Below, one piece after another: positions 52,826 through 63,196 of a stretch of 64,000 nt of DNA (positions are counted from its first letter, which is position 1; each line of letters starts with the position of its first letter). The DNA comes from Terriglobia bacterium. GTDB taxonomy: Bacteria; Acidobacteriota; Terriglobia; 20CM-2-55-15. The stretch is taken from contig CBDCLE010000008.1 of assembly GCA_965218585.1 (NCBI GenBank), forward strand, positions 18,763 through 82,762. Reading direction: 5' to 3'. The translations under genes and the position numbers were made by a program. The notes below the pieces were generated by a model. The model saw only the letters and a list, made by a program, of their open reading frames with translations. It did no database searches and was not told the origin of the DNA.

Positions 52826-54007
52826 TCAGGCGTGAACCATAAGAAACTGCCCATTGCCGTTGATCTCGCCTTCACAACTGGAAAAGTTGGCGACAAACCA
52901 CATCAGATAAAATCGCCAGATGCGGCGGAACTTCGCGAATTCAATGCCGTAATCGAGATCTTTGACATCGGGATAACTTTCATCAAAGTTTTCAAGCCAT
53001 CGTGTCAGCGTCTGGGCATAGTTCACGCCATTGAGATACCAGCGGTCTATGGTTCTGAAATCCTTGTCGTAAGTCGGAATAGAGTCAAAACTCCAGTAAC
53101 GGCCGTGAGGGAAAATGTACTTGTGCGTATACGCGCTGGAGACGTTGTTGGGCGTCCTGACCGTAATGATGTGAAGGAAGAACTTTCCGCCGGGTTTCAT
53201 AAAGGAGGCCAGTTTTCTGAAAGACCGGGTCAGATTCCCCACGTGGCAGAAGACGCCGACTGAGAGGATCTTGTCGAATTTCTCTTCGAACTGGGTCTCA
53301 TTCAGATCACTCTCCACAAGGGTAAATCGACCCGAACTGAGATGGCTATCCGGGTCCTGCATCTTCCGGCGCATGTACTCGCATTGCTCATGACTCAGGT
53401 TCAGGCCCGTGAAACGGCAATTGGGGAACTTCGAAAGAATATAGTTCGACACCGAACCCCAACCGCAACCAAAATCCAGGATATTGTCGCCATCCCGAAT
53501 CTCCAGTTTTTCAATCATGTCGTCGATCATGTGCATCTGGGATTGTTCGAGATCGCCAGCTCCCTTCTCCCACAGGCCCATACTGTATTTGGGGTAGATC
53601 CGAGTGGAGTCGCCAAGCATCCTGTTTAACATGCCCTGTGGCAGGTCGTACTGGATCTTCATCAAATCCTTTGAGCCTTCCGCCAGGTGCTCGGTCTCTT
53701 CCAGGACCCATTCGTAGGGCGTTAGAAGAGCAGGAAAATGCTTAAAAACGATTGGCATGCATGTGTTGAAAATGGATCGCATCACAGGGTCGGGAAGCTC
53801 CACCCCATGGACATAAGCCTCCGCAAAAGCCATCTGCACCAGGTTCGCCATTTCGACAACCCCGCGAGTCGCCCGATACGCAAGGGGACTCTTGGAATGG
53901 ATATTTCCAATGACTGGAATGTGGTGCTGAATGCCGTGTCTGTCAGGCGTTGAAGGCCCGATGACGTCGGGTCTCGGATCTATGCGTGTGCCGGCTGTGG
54001 AAGCCAC
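52826..54007 (-). CDS. Cfa/CMAS-family SAM-dependent methyltransferase
   Basis: QYDLP, KYS...W, ILDFGCGWG, LS.EQ, KYIFP.G, NYA.TL..W. GTG start with GGAGG RBS. Confidence 0.88.
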   Translation of the reverse strand: MASTAGTRIDPRPDVIGPSTPDRHGIQHHIPVIGNIHSKSPLAYRATRGVVEMANLVQMAFAEAYVHGVELPDPVMRSIFNTCMPIVFKHFPALLTPYEWVLEETEHLAEGSKDLMKIQYDLPQGMLNRMLGDSTRIYPKYSMGLWEKGAGDLEQSQMHMIDDMIEKLEIRDGDNILDFGCGWGSVSNYILSKFPNCRFTGLNLSHEQCEYMRRKMQDPDSHLSSGRFTLVESDLNETQFEEKFDKILSVGVFCHVGNLTRSFRKLASFMKPGGKFFLHIITVRTPNNVSSAYTHKYIFPHGRYWSFDSIPTYDKDFRTIDRWYLNGVNYAQTLTRWLENFDESYPDVKDLDYGIEFAKFRRIWRFYLMWFVANFSSCEGEINGNGQFLMVHA

Positions 54008-54170
54008 GTTGTCCTCCCGTTGCGAAAGGCTGAAAGTATGGCACGTTATCTCAGACCGCACCGCCACTTGTCAACTTAATGGATTGTGCGGATCGCTCCG
54101 ATCTTTTGGACAGATCGTTGGGACAGATGACACGCATGACCGCTCGAGATGAGGACGGACTCTTTCAGGC

Positions 54171-54200
54171 AAAAATAAAGCCGGCCCGGGGACCGGCTTC
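54171..54200 (-). terminator. Probable Rho-independent terminator of the oxidase operon
   Basis: Minus strand AAGCCGG-loop-CCGGCTT followed by TATTTTT. Confidence 0.65.
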
Positions 54201-54256
54201 GTCTCAGATAGTCTTACTCAATCCGCGTGACTCGCGGTTCAAAGAGCAAGCGAATT

Positions 54257-54517
54257 CTAGTCCGCTGAATCGATCTTGTCAGCGGCGCTCTTTTTATGCG
54301 CCTTAAAGATCGCATAAGAAACTCCGCCCATGATGGCGTAGGGTGCCGCCAGCAAGAATACGATGCCCTGGCGGAAACCCTCGGCGATCTGCTGTCCTTC
54401 CACAGAGTTCTCGAGTGCCGTTCGGCACATAGCGCACTGGCTCAACCCGGTCCCTTCCAGAGTCAGCATTACGGCCACTATGGCCAGCGGGCTTGCAAGT
54501 TTCTTGATGGTTCCCAT
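54257..54517 (-). CDS. Small membrane protein with CAMC motif at the end of the oxidase operon
   Basis: Signal-like N-terminus, SQCAMCR, second TM ending LLAAPY. Confidence 0.75.
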   Translation of the reverse strand: MGTIKKLASPLAIVAVMLTLEGTGLSQCAMCRTALENSVEGQQIAEGFRQGIVFLLAAPYAIMGGVSYAIFKAHKKSAADKIDSAD

Positions 54518-54533
54518 ATTAATTACCTCAAAA

Positions 54534-54842
54534 CTACCTCAATGATAACACTCGGTTAACCGAATCTGCAGTGTCCGGGACGATAAAGAAAAACAGGATC
54601 AACGCCAGAACCAACGGTGAGAATGTAATCAAAATAAGATTCAGTTTTTCAAACCGCAGGTGCATGAAGATCGCCGCAATAACGACGACTTTGGCTAAAG
54701 TCGTTCCGACCAGCAGTACCGCTTTGATGCCCCCCGGCATGTCGACGTAGCCGATGCCCAAGGCGAGCAACGTCAACACCAGGAGCCAGCCCCATGTGAT
54801 GTAATAAGTTCGATAACCGGCAGGATGAGTCCCTTCAGTCAT
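54534..54842 (-). CDS. ctaF: Cytochrome c oxidase subunit IV
   Basis: Three TMs, K...I...FMHLRFE. Confidence 0.88.
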   Translation of the reverse strand: MTEGTHPAGYRTYYITWGWLLVLTLLALGIGYVDMPGGIKAVLLVGTTLAKVVVIAAIFMHLRFEKLNLILITFSPLVLALILFFFIVPDTADSVNRVLSLR

Positions 54843-54852
54843 TCACAACCCC

Positions 54853-55473
54853 CTACAGTAGATAGAAAAACGCGAAAATGAAAACCCAGACTACGTCTAT
54901 AAAGTGCCAGTATAATCCGGCGATTTCAACCGTGTCGCCCGAATACTTCCCGAATTGAGCCCGGATCGCCGTATACGAAAGCAAGACAAGCCCGGTGAAC
55001 ACGTGAAAACCATGAAACCCGGTCATCACGAAGAAACTTGCGCTGAACTGCGGTACTCCCCATGGATTGCTGGTGAGTCGGGCACCTTCGTGGATCAGAT
55101 TGGTCCACTCAAAGACCTGCGAACCAAGGAAAATGGTTCCACCGACGATAGTGAACAATAGAAATCGGACCGCTTCCTTCTGTTTTCCCTGCTGTGCAGC
55201 ACCCACGGCCATTGCCATGACGGCGCTCGAAGAAATCAGCGCGAAGGTCATGAAAGTGATCAGGCGCATGTCGAAGACCTCAGTCTGGTCGGGCCATTCC
55301 GGGGCGACGGACCGCATGAAGCCGTAAGCGATGATGAACCCTACGAAAGTTAACGCGTCGGAGATGATGAAAACCCACATCATGAACTTGCCCCAACTCG
55401 TTCCAAACGGGTTTTTACCTCCGCCCCAATCTGAGGCCAGAACTCGTTCTTGTTCGGCTACGGCTGCTTCCAT
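54853..55473 (-). CDS. Cytochrome c oxidase subunit III family (second paralog)
   Basis: GK.MMW.FI.SD..TF, TGFHG.HV, GLYWHFID.VW. Confidence 0.92.
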   Translation of the reverse strand: MEAAVAEQERVLASDWGGGKNPFGTSWGKFMMWVFIISDALTFVGFIIAYGFMRSVAPEWPDQTEVFDMRLITFMTFALISSSAVMAMAVGAAQQGKQKEAVRFLLFTIVGGTIFLGSQVFEWTNLIHEGARLTSNPWGVPQFSASFFVMTGFHGFHVFTGLVLLSYTAIRAQFGKYSGDTVEIAGLYWHFIDVVWVFIFAFFYLL

Positions 55474-55483
55474 CAAAACTCCT

Positions 55484-56152
55484 TCAAGCCAGAATCAATA
55501 AAAGGAAAAGGTAGACCCAGAGCCCATCCATAAAATGCCAGTACGTTGCACATAAGGTCACCGGCTCGTGACTCGAGGCTGTGTATTGATTCTGTAACGT
55601 TCGGGTCAGGACGTATCCGAGAGCCATCAGCCCTCCCAATATGTGGATAGCGTGGGCGCCGGTCAGAATATAAAGAAAAGAACTGTGTAGCGTCGTCGGT
55701 AAGTACACGCCCGCTTCGACGAGTTGGCTCCAGGCGATGACCTGTCCCGCCAGGAACGCTAAACCAAGACCTGCAGTGATGCCCATCCAGACCTTTGTCG
55801 GGCCGATCCGGTCTTCACGCACGTGGCGCCGGGTCCATTCCATCGAGACACTGCTGGCCAACAGGAAAAAGGTGTTCACCCACAGCAGGGACGGCAGGGC
55901 AACGTTCTGCCAGGCCGGGGCACCCCGCATCACAATGTAGGCGCTGGATAAGCCCGCGAACAACATGGCGATGGCAGTCAGTACCAACCAGAGTCCCAGC
56001 TGGCCCTTTGATACCGGAAAACTGGAGTAGGGCTCACCCGTGTCTGGGTCCCCGGCATCGCCCCTTCCCCACACCGGTGGCGGAGGTGGTTCGAGTTCGT
56101 AAAGACCCTCATCCTTTTTTGCGACTTTGACTTCTTCCGTAACGACTGACAT
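55484..56152 (-). CDS. ctaE: Cytochrome c oxidase subunit III family
   Basis: MLFAGL.SAY, NT..LL.SS, TGAH..H, YWHFMD.LW. Confidence 0.92.
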   Translation of the reverse strand: MSVVTEEVKVAKKDEGLYELEPPPPPVWGRGDAGDPDTGEPYSSFPVSKGQLGLWLVLTAIAMLFAGLSSAYIVMRGAPAWQNVALPSLLWVNTFFLLASSVSMEWTRRHVREDRIGPTKVWMGITAGLGLAFLAGQVIAWSQLVEAGVYLPTTLHSSFLYILTGAHAIHILGGLMALGYVLTRTLQNQYTASSHEPVTLCATYWHFMDGLWVYLFLLLILA

Positions 56153-56164
56153 TTAATTACCTGT

Positions 56165-57928
56165 TCAATCTGTTTCGGTTTCGCTCGCTGATTCGGTTTG
56201 CATCACAAAGTCTTTTTCTGCGCCCGGCAGGCTGAAATCAAACGGCCACCGGTGCACAGTCGGTAATTCACCCGGGAAGTTTCCATGTCCCGGCGGCGAA
56301 GGAACCGTCCATTCCAGCGTCGTTGCGTTCCATGGATTGGCTTCCGCTTTCCGTCCCTTCCAGATGCTCAAAAGAAAGTTTCCGAGGAACAGGAGCTGAG
56401 CCGCGCCCAGAATGAACGCCGAGATCGTAATGAACTGGTTCATGCCCTGAATCGGTTGCAGGAAGTCATACTGCAGTGGATCGTAGATTCGGCGCAGGTG
56501 CCCTACGACTCCCATTGCATGCATCGGGAAGAATACGCAATTGACGCCAATGAAGCTGATCCAGAAGTGAACCTTACCCACGGTGTCGTTCATCATTCGG
56601 CCGAACATCTTCGGGAACCAGAAATGGATTCCCGCAAAGCCCGCGAAGAGCGGTGCAATCGCCATCACCAGGTGGAAGTGACCCACGACGAAATACGTGT
56701 CGTGCATCGCGATGTCGGCCGCAGAAGTGCCCAGGAAGATCCCGCTCAGTCCGCCGCTGACGAAAACAGATACAAATCCGATCGCGTACAGCATGGGTGG
56801 TGTAAATCGTATCCGGGCCCCCCAGAGAGTTCCCAGCCAGTTAAAGGTCTTAACGGCGGATGGGATCGCGATCAGCAGTGTCGTCAGCGTGAACAGCGAA
56901 CCGAGTACCGGGCTCATACCGCTCATAAACATGTGGTGTCCCCAGACGACAAAGCTCAGGAACGCAATGGCAGACATGGAATAGACCATCATCCGGTAGC
57001 TGAATATGGGCTTTCGGGAGAATGTCGACAGGACATCCGAAGCGATACCCATTGCCGGCAGGAGCACGATATAGACTTCGGGATGTCCGAAGAACCAGAA
57101 TAGGTGTTGCCACAGCAGAGGGCTCCCACCCGTGTGGTCGATCACCACCTGGCCCATGATCAGACCGCCCGGAACGAAGAAGCTCGTGCCGCCCAGCCGA
57201 TCAAAACTGAGGAGTATTCCCGCAGCAAGAAGTACCGGAAACGCAAGCGTCCCAAGAATCGATGTGACGAAGATAGCCCACTGGGTCAGAGGCAGCCGCA
57301 TCATCGACATGCCCTTCGTACGCATCGTCAGGAGCGTGGTCACGTAGTTGAGACCACCCATCAGTCCGGACACAGCGAACAGGGCAATGGCAATGATCCA
57401 GAGCGTCATCCCATTGCCCTGGCCCGCTCCGGCGTCAGGTACCGCACTCAAGGGCGCGTAGGCCGTCCATCCGCCCATCGGGGCTCCGCCAGCCTCGAAA
57501 AGGGCACCCAGGATGACGACGCATGACACCAGGAAGGTCCAGTACGACAGCGCGTTCAGGAAGGGGAAGGCCATGTCCCGCGCGCCGATCTGCAAGGGGA
57601 TCAGGAAATTTCCGAAACCGCCCGTCAGGATTGCGGTGAACAGGAAGAACACCATAATCGTCCCGTGCATTGTCACCAGCGACAGATAGAATTCCGGTGC
57701 CATTATTCCCCCTGCGAAACCGGTCGGGAAGATGTCACCGAGAATCGGCCACTGCTCGGACGGCCAGGCCAGCTGCAATCGCATCAGCATCGACAGGATC
57801 CCGCCTACGACCGCCATCGCTGACGCCGTGATGATGTACTGGACGGCGATGACTTTGTGGTCGGTGCTGAAGATGTACTTTCGGATGAAACCGAGTTGCG
57901 GGTGAGTATGTTCTACGGCTGTGCTCAT
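56165..57928 (-). CDS. ctaD: Cytochrome c oxidase subunit I (A1 type)
   Basis: TMHGT, GARDMAFP, WFFGHPEVY, VWGHHM, HDTYFVVGHFH, RR. Confidence 0.97.
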   Translation of the reverse strand: MSTAVEHTHPQLGFIRKYIFSTDHKVIAVQYIITASAMAVVGGILSMLMRLQLAWPSEQWPILGDIFPTGFAGGIMAPEFYLSLVTMHGTIMVFFLFTAILTGGFGNFLIPLQIGARDMAFPFLNALSYWTFLVSCVVILGALFEAGGAPMGGWTAYAPLSAVPDAGAGQGNGMTLWIIAIALFAVSGLMGGLNYVTTLLTMRTKGMSMMRLPLTQWAIFVTSILGTLAFPVLLAAGILLSFDRLGGTSFFVPGGLIMGQVVIDHTGGSPLLWQHLFWFFGHPEVYIVLLPAMGIASDVLSTFSRKPIFSYRMMVYSMSAIAFLSFVVWGHHMFMSGMSPVLGSLFTLTTLLIAIPSAVKTFNWLGTLWGARIRFTPPMLYAIGFVSVFVSGGLSGIFLGTSAADIAMHDTYFVVGHFHLVMAIAPLFAGFAGIHFWFPKMFGRMMNDTVGKVHFWISFIGVNCVFFPMHAMGVVGHLRRIYDPLQYDFLQPIQGMNQFITISAFILGAAQLLFLGNFLLSIWKGRKAEANPWNATTLEWTVPSPPGHGNFPGELPTVHRWPFDFSLPGAEKDFVMQTESASETETD

Positions 57929-57952
57929 GTTTATTAAGTCCTAATCGTCAGC

Positions 57953-58786
57953 TTACTGGAACGGAAGCTGGTCATCGAGCCACTGCTGGAGGTCTGCCTC
58001 CGTTTCATCCACAGTGAGAATGCCTCTCATCCGGTAGTGCCCGAGACCGCACAGTTCAGCGCAGGCAATCTCGAACTCGCCGGTTTCGATCGGAGTGAAC
58101 CAGCTGTCGATGGTCATGCCTGGAACTGAGTCCTGCTTGACGCGGAAATTCGGGAGACTGAAGTTGTGGATAACGTCAGTCGATCGCAACAGGAGCCGCA
58201 CGGGTTCATTGACCACGATATGGACCTGGTTCAAAGTCATGATGTCGTCCATCGCAGAGGGATCACTGCGGTCGAGTCCAATAAAGTTGGTGTCGGTGAC
58301 TAAGGTCCCATCTAACGGTCCGAACACGCCGTCGGGGCCGGGATATCTTACGACCCATTGGAATTGCTGTCCGGTGACCTCGATCACCAGGGCGTCTTCG
58401 GGTTGGTCAGCGAAATAAATGCCCGCCCAGACGCTCTGGCCCATAAATACCAGGACTGTCAAAGTAAGCGCCGTTATGCCAATCAGGATGGCTTCCGCCT
58501 TCGGATTGTCGTGCCAGTAAAGGGCCCTGTCATCCTCGCCGTTACTGCCATAGCGCAACACGAAATAAGCCAGCATTGCCTGGACTACGATGAAAGCGAT
58601 CCCAGTGACGATCAGGACAGCCACGAAAACCTGGTCCACCCCAGCTCCGTGGATCGATGCGAGCGGTGTAAACCAATACTGATCGGCCATGAAAAGCCAG
58701 ATTGAGACTGCGATGAGGACGAGAAGCAGCCCGAACATCGCGATGCCTGGTGCGGTGACCCGGCCGGTCCCGCTGCCATTGGCCAT
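57953..58786 (-). CDS. ctaC: Cytochrome c oxidase subunit II (CuA, no fused heme c)
   Basis: G.QF.W, DVIH, K.D..PG, CAELCGLGHY.M. Confidence 0.96.
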   Translation of the reverse strand: MANGSGTGRVTAPGIAMFGLLLVLIAVSIWLFMADQYWFTPLASIHGAGVDQVFVAVLIVTGIAFIVVQAMLAYFVLRYGSNGEDDRALYWHDNPKAEAILIGITALTLTVLVFMGQSVWAGIYFADQPEDALVIEVTGQQFQWVVRYPGPDGVFGPLDGTLVTDTNFIGLDRSDPSAMDDIMTLNQVHIVVNEPVRLLLRSTDVIHNFSLPNFRVKQDSVPGMTIDSWFTPIETGEFEIACAELCGLGHYRMRGILTVDETEADLQQWLDDQLPFQ

Positions 58787-58996
58787 GTGAACTCTCCTTT
58801 ATCTACTTATGAACAATATATTTGGGGCGTAAATACTTGAAATCAAACGATCACTCTAGCAGAAAGTTCGAGTCAATTCCATCCCTATATTTCGCCTCGA
58901 AACGAATATTCGGCGCATTTCAAGTCCCTGTCATGATAAGCAATCCGGCATCCTTTTCTCGCAGAATGAGAGTGGCAGGGTCATCAATGTCTCTGA

Positions 58997-59989
58997 TCAA
59001 GTCCAGGGACACGCGACCGCCCGGTCGTCCCCTCGGGTCTCGAAAGCGGGCACCTCTTCTGAACAGGTGGGTTGAGCGATCGGGCACCGGGTGTGGAAAC
59101 CACAGCCGGCAGGCTTCTCGAGCGGATTAGGAACGTCTCCCTCGAGGCGGATTCGTTCGTGTTCTCTTCCGGGTTCGGGGCGGGGAACCGCTGACAAGAG
59201 AGCTCTGGAGTAGGGATGGAGCGGGTCACTGTATACCTGTTGCGCAGGACCGAGCTCCACGATGTCGCCCAGGTACATGACGGCGATCCGGTCGGATATG
59301 TGTCGGACCACTGATAAATCGTGGGCTATGAAAATATAGGACAGATTGAATTCGTCCTGCAGGTCCTGCATCAGATTGATTACCTGTGCCTGGATCGAGA
59401 CGTCCAGGGCGCTGACCGGTTCATCGGCAATGATGATCCGGGGCTGGGTGGACAGCGCGCGGGCGATCCCGATTCTTTGACGTTGTCCTCCCGAGAACTC
59501 GTGAGCGTAACGATTGGCCTGCTCTCTGGTTAAACCCACCTTGTCAAGGAGCCAGACGACGCGCTCCTTGCGTTCGGCAGCCGTGTACTCTGTATGAATC
59601 TTTAACGGCTCTTCAATGATCTGACTGACTGTCATCCTGGGGTTGAGCGAAGAATAGGGATCCTGGAAGATCATCTGAATATCGGAACGATACGGACGCA
59701 TTTCCGAGCGATTGAGTGCGTTGAGGTCAACGACACCGTCGGGCGAGTGGTAGAGGATCTCTCCGGTGATATCCACGCGATAATTCATGGCTCGGAGAAT
59801 GTTTACGATTGCACGGCCGACAGTCGACTTACCGCAACCCGATTCTCCTACCAGACCCAGAGTCTCGCCTTCGGCAAGGTCTAGGTCAACGCCGTCCACG
59901 GCGCGCACAGTGGCGCGCTTGCGCAGGAAGACCCCACCGTGAACGGGGAAGTGGACGTGCAGATCCTTGACTTCGAGAATCTTTGCCAT
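58997..59989 (-). CDS. oppF: Oligopeptide ABC transporter ATP-binding protein (OppF/DppF)
   Basis: [44 protein letters not shown]. Confidence 0.93.
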   Translation of the reverse strand: MAKILEVKDLHVHFPVHGGVFLRKRATVRAVDGVDLDLAEGETLGLVGESGCGKSTVGRAIVNILRAMNYRVDITGEILYHSPDGVVDLNALNRSEMRPYRSDIQMIFQDPYSSLNPRMTVSQIIEEPLKIHTEYTAAERKERVVWLLDKVGLTREQANRYAHEFSGGQRQRIGIARALSTQPRIIIADEPVSALDVSIQAQVINLMQDLQDEFNLSYIFIAHDLSVVRHISDRIAVMYLGDIVELGPAQQVYSDPLHPYSRALLSAVPRPEPGREHERIRLEGDVPNPLEKPAGCGFHTRCPIAQPTCSEEVPAFETRGDDRAVACPWT

Positions 59990-59996
59990 GTGATGA

Positions 59997-60980
59997 TTAC
60001 TGGGCGGTTTCCATCAGGTGACACCGGACGTGATGGCCAGGCGCTGTTTCCAGCAGATCCGGTTCGATACTGTCGCAGTTTTCGATTTTTTCCTCGCATC
60101 TTGTCGCGAACTTGCATCCGACGGGGAGTTCGTGGATGTTCGGGACATTGCCGGGGATGGTCCGGAGTCGCTCGTGTTTGTCCCCGACGGTTGTTGGCAA
60201 TGAACGTAGCAACCCCTGGGTATAGGGATGCTGGGCGTGGTTAAAGATCCCATCGGCGGAAGCCACTTCCTGCAGCTTTCCCCCATACATCACTGCAACC
60301 CGGTCGCAGGTTTCTGCGACAACCCCCAGGTTATGCGTGATCAGCAGAATTGCGGCGTCCTTCCGGTATTCCTTGATTTTGAACATCAACTCGAGGATCT
60401 GGGCCTGGATCGTCACGTCGAGAGCCGTCGTGGGTTCGTCAGCTATCAGGAGCGAGGGATTGCAGGCCAACGCGATCGCGATCATCACTCTTTGGCGCAT
60501 GCCCCCCGAGAACTGGTGCGGGTAATCGCCCATCCGCGACTCGGGAGCAGCTATCCCGACCAGTTTCAACATCTCCACTGCGCGATCGAATGCCTCTGCC
60601 TTCGAGCAATCTTCGTGCACCAGAATAATTTCCATCAACTGCATACCGATCGTAAACACGGGGTTGAGCGAGGTCATGGGCTCCTGAAAGACCATGCTGA
60701 TTTCGTTCCCGCGTATCTTCCGAACGTCTTCCCAGGAGAGATCGAGGAGATTCTGGCCTTTGTAGAGAATGGACCCGGAGACGATCTCACCCGGCGGGTC
60801 GGGAATCAGACGCAGGATACTCAAAGCCGTGACGCTTTTGCCCGAGCCGGACTCTCCGACAAGCCCCAGGACTTCTCCCGCGTAAATATCCAGATCCACC
60901 CCGTCGACAACCTTGGCGATACCAGCTTCGGTCTTGAAGTGAGTTCGCAGATCCCGTATTTCGACTAGCTTCTCAGTCAT
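59997..60980 (-). CDS. oppD: Oligopeptide ABC transporter ATP-binding protein (OppD/DppD)
   Basis: [40 protein letters not shown]. Start at ATG 60980. Confidence 0.93.
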   Translation of the reverse strand: MTEKLVEIRDLRTHFKTEAGIAKVVDGVDLDIYAGEVLGLVGESGSGKSVTALSILRLIPDPPGEIVSGSILYKGQNLLDLSWEDVRKIRGNEISMVFQEPMTSLNPVFTIGMQLMEIILVHEDCSKAEAFDRAVEMLKLVGIAAPESRMGDYPHQFSGGMRQRVMIAIALACNPSLLIADEPTTALDVTIQAQILELMFKIKEYRKDAAILLITHNLGVVAETCDRVAVMYGGKLQEVASADGIFNHAQHPYTQGLLRSLPTTVGDKHERLRTIPGNVPNIHELPVGCKFATRCEEKIENCDSIEPDLLETAPGHHVRCHLMETAQ

Positions 60981-60999
60981 TCGGATGTTTCCTGGCGAA

Positions 61000-62141
61000 C
61001 TATCGAAGCCTCGAAAACTCCTTCGGGTCGAATGCCTCGCGGATGGCTTCGCCGATGAAAACAATCAGGAGGAGGGTAAGAAAGACAGCACCGAGCGGAA
61101 AGAAGACCAGCCACCACTTTGTCAGATACTCCATGCCCTGTCCGATGAGTTCGCCCCAACTAGGCGTCGGTGCGGGGAGCCCGAAGCCCAGGAAGTCCAG
61201 GGAAACCAGGGCGAATATGTTGCCGACGATTACGAACGGCGCAAACGAAACCACAGGTGTCAATGCGTTGGGGAGGATATGCCGGAACATGACTGCCCTC
61301 TCGGAGACACCCATGGCAATTGCGGCGCCTACGTAGTCCTTGGCTTTCTCCCGGTAGAATTCCCCGCGGACGTAATATGTGATCCCCATCCACCCGAACG
61401 CAGACAAGATCATGATCAGGAGCCAGAAGGAGGGCTGAAACAGTTGATTACGCCCGGGGACGTAGATCGGCACGACTATCGAACTGATGATGATGATCGT
61501 GTAGAGAAACGGAAGCGATGACCATATTTCGATGAGGCGTTGTCCCAGAATGTCGAGTTTGCCTCCGAAATAGCCGATGAGAGCCCCGACAACTATCCCC
61601 GCTGAGTATGTAAAGACCAGCGCGATAAGCGCAAACGTCATGGAGATGTTGAATCCGTAAGCCAACCGGGCCAGGATGTCCCGGGCTCGATTGTCGGTTC
61701 CCAAGGGATGCCCACTCGACGGGGGGTGTGGTGGAACTCCCTCCAGATCGAAATTGGACTCGGTCGGGCTGTAGGGATGGATGGGCATCAGGACCCAGTC
61801 ACCGGAGTTTTCTTCCGCGAGCTGCTCCTGGAGAGCCCTGTAGTCGGGTTCTCCAAACGCGTTTTGACCAAATTCGGATGCGTCATGATAACGGAGCATC
61901 GGAAAGTAGTACGATCCATCGAAGCTCATGACGAGCGGTTTGTTGTTGATCAGGACGGGAAGTGTGAACGAGATGATGTAGGCTGTGACGATAAGCAGGA
62001 AGGAATAGTAGCCGCGTTTCAGTCTCCGGAACTTCTGCCAGCGTTTCCTCAGAATCGAAACAGACTTGACGGGCGGAAGAGAACCACCCGCTTTCGGTCC
62101 GTCGTCTCGATCTTGTTGACCTCTACTTCCTGCGTCGCCAT
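61000..62141 (-). CDS. Peptide ABC transporter permease (YejE/OppC-like); probable 1-nt frameshift near 62106
   Basis: LGTD.RARD.LARL.YGF, LDFLGFGLP.P.PSWGEL. Frame stays open upstream (RKRWQKFRRLKRGYYS) but the nearby ATG at 62141 is one base out of frame. Confidence 0.88.
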
Positions 62142-62161
62142 TCAGAATCCTTGCCCGATGA

Positions 62162-63196
62162 TCACTTGAAACGGATTCGTGGGTCTACGACTACATAAAT
62201 CATGTCTGAAAGTATGTTGCCGACGAGGAGGAGGACACTACTGATGACCAGAATTCCGAGCGCCACCGGATAGTCTCTCTGGAGAATCGATGTGTAGCCC
62301 AGGTATCCCATGCCGTCGATGTTGAAGACCTTTTCGATGAGGAACGATCCTGCGAGAATCAGGCTTATGAAATGACCGAGGCCAGTAACGATTGGGATCA
62401 GGGAGTTGCGCAGTGCGTGGATAAAAATCACACGTTTTTCATCAAGGCCCTTCGCGAACGCTGTTCTTACATAATCCTGTCCCATGTTTTCCATAAGGGC
62501 ATTCTTGGTAAGGATTGTCAGGGTGGCGAATGAGCCGATCATGTAGCAGAGCACCGGCAGTGCCATATAGTGCAGTTGTGCCGTAATCTTCTGGCCGATG
62601 TTGAGGAACTCCCAGTTGTCAGGCCGGAATCCTCCCAACGGAAACAGTCCCCAGAAACTCCCCCCACCGAAAAGGACCAACAGTCCGGCCCCGAGGGCCC
62701 ATCCCGGTACCGAATAGCCCATGAAAACGACAAAGCTGCTGAAGAAATCGAAGTTGGACCTGTGCTTGATCGCCTTGAGAACGCCCAGGGGGACACAGAC
62801 GATATAGCTCAGCAAGAATCCCGTCAGCCCCAGGAATATCGATATCGGGAATCTCGACTTGATGACGTCCCAGACCGGCTGGTGGTAGATGTAGGACTCG
62901 CCGAAATCAAGATGCAGGACGTTCCAGAGCCAGGTGGCGTATCGAATGTGGACCGGCTTGTCGAAACCGTAATAGCGGCGAATTTCGTCGATAGCATCCT
63001 GTGGCAATCCCTCGCCGCCGGTCAGATCTGCCGCTCCTCCGGCACCGCCTTCCTGGGCCAGAGCCATCCTGAACTGCAGGATCTGCTGTTCGACCGGACC
63101 GCCGGGCACAAGGTGCATGATGACGAAGACGGCGAGGCTGATCCCTATGAACGTCGGGATGATCAGCAGGAATCGGCGAATGAAATAACCCGTCAC
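62162..63196 (-). CDS. Peptide ABC transporter permease (YejB/OppB-like)
   Basis: YFIRR.LL.IPT, PGGPVE, YGFDKP, YVRTA.AKGL, HALRN, RDYP, VDPRI.F. Confidence 0.93.
   Translation of the reverse strand: MTGYFIRRFLLIIPTFIGISLAVFVIMHLVPGGPVEQQILQFRMALAQEGGAGGAADLTGGEGLPQDAIDEIRRYYGFDKPVHIRYATWLWNVLHLDFGESYIYHQPVWDVIKSRFPISIFLGLTGFLLSYIVCVPLGVLKAIKHRSNFDFFSSFVVFMGYSVPGWALGAGLLVLFGGGSFWGLFPLGGFRPDNWEFLNIGQKITAQLHYMALPVLCYMIGSFATLTILTKNALMENMGQDYVRTAFAKGLDEKRVIFIHALRNSLIPIVTGLGHFISLILAGSFLIEKVFNIDGMGYLGYTSILQRDYPVALGILVISSVLLLVGNILSDMIYVVVDPRIRFK

Noticed and set aside
54039-54056. TGGCACG as a second sigma54 promoter
   Set aside because: No GC at the -12 position, and it points opposite to the flanking genes.
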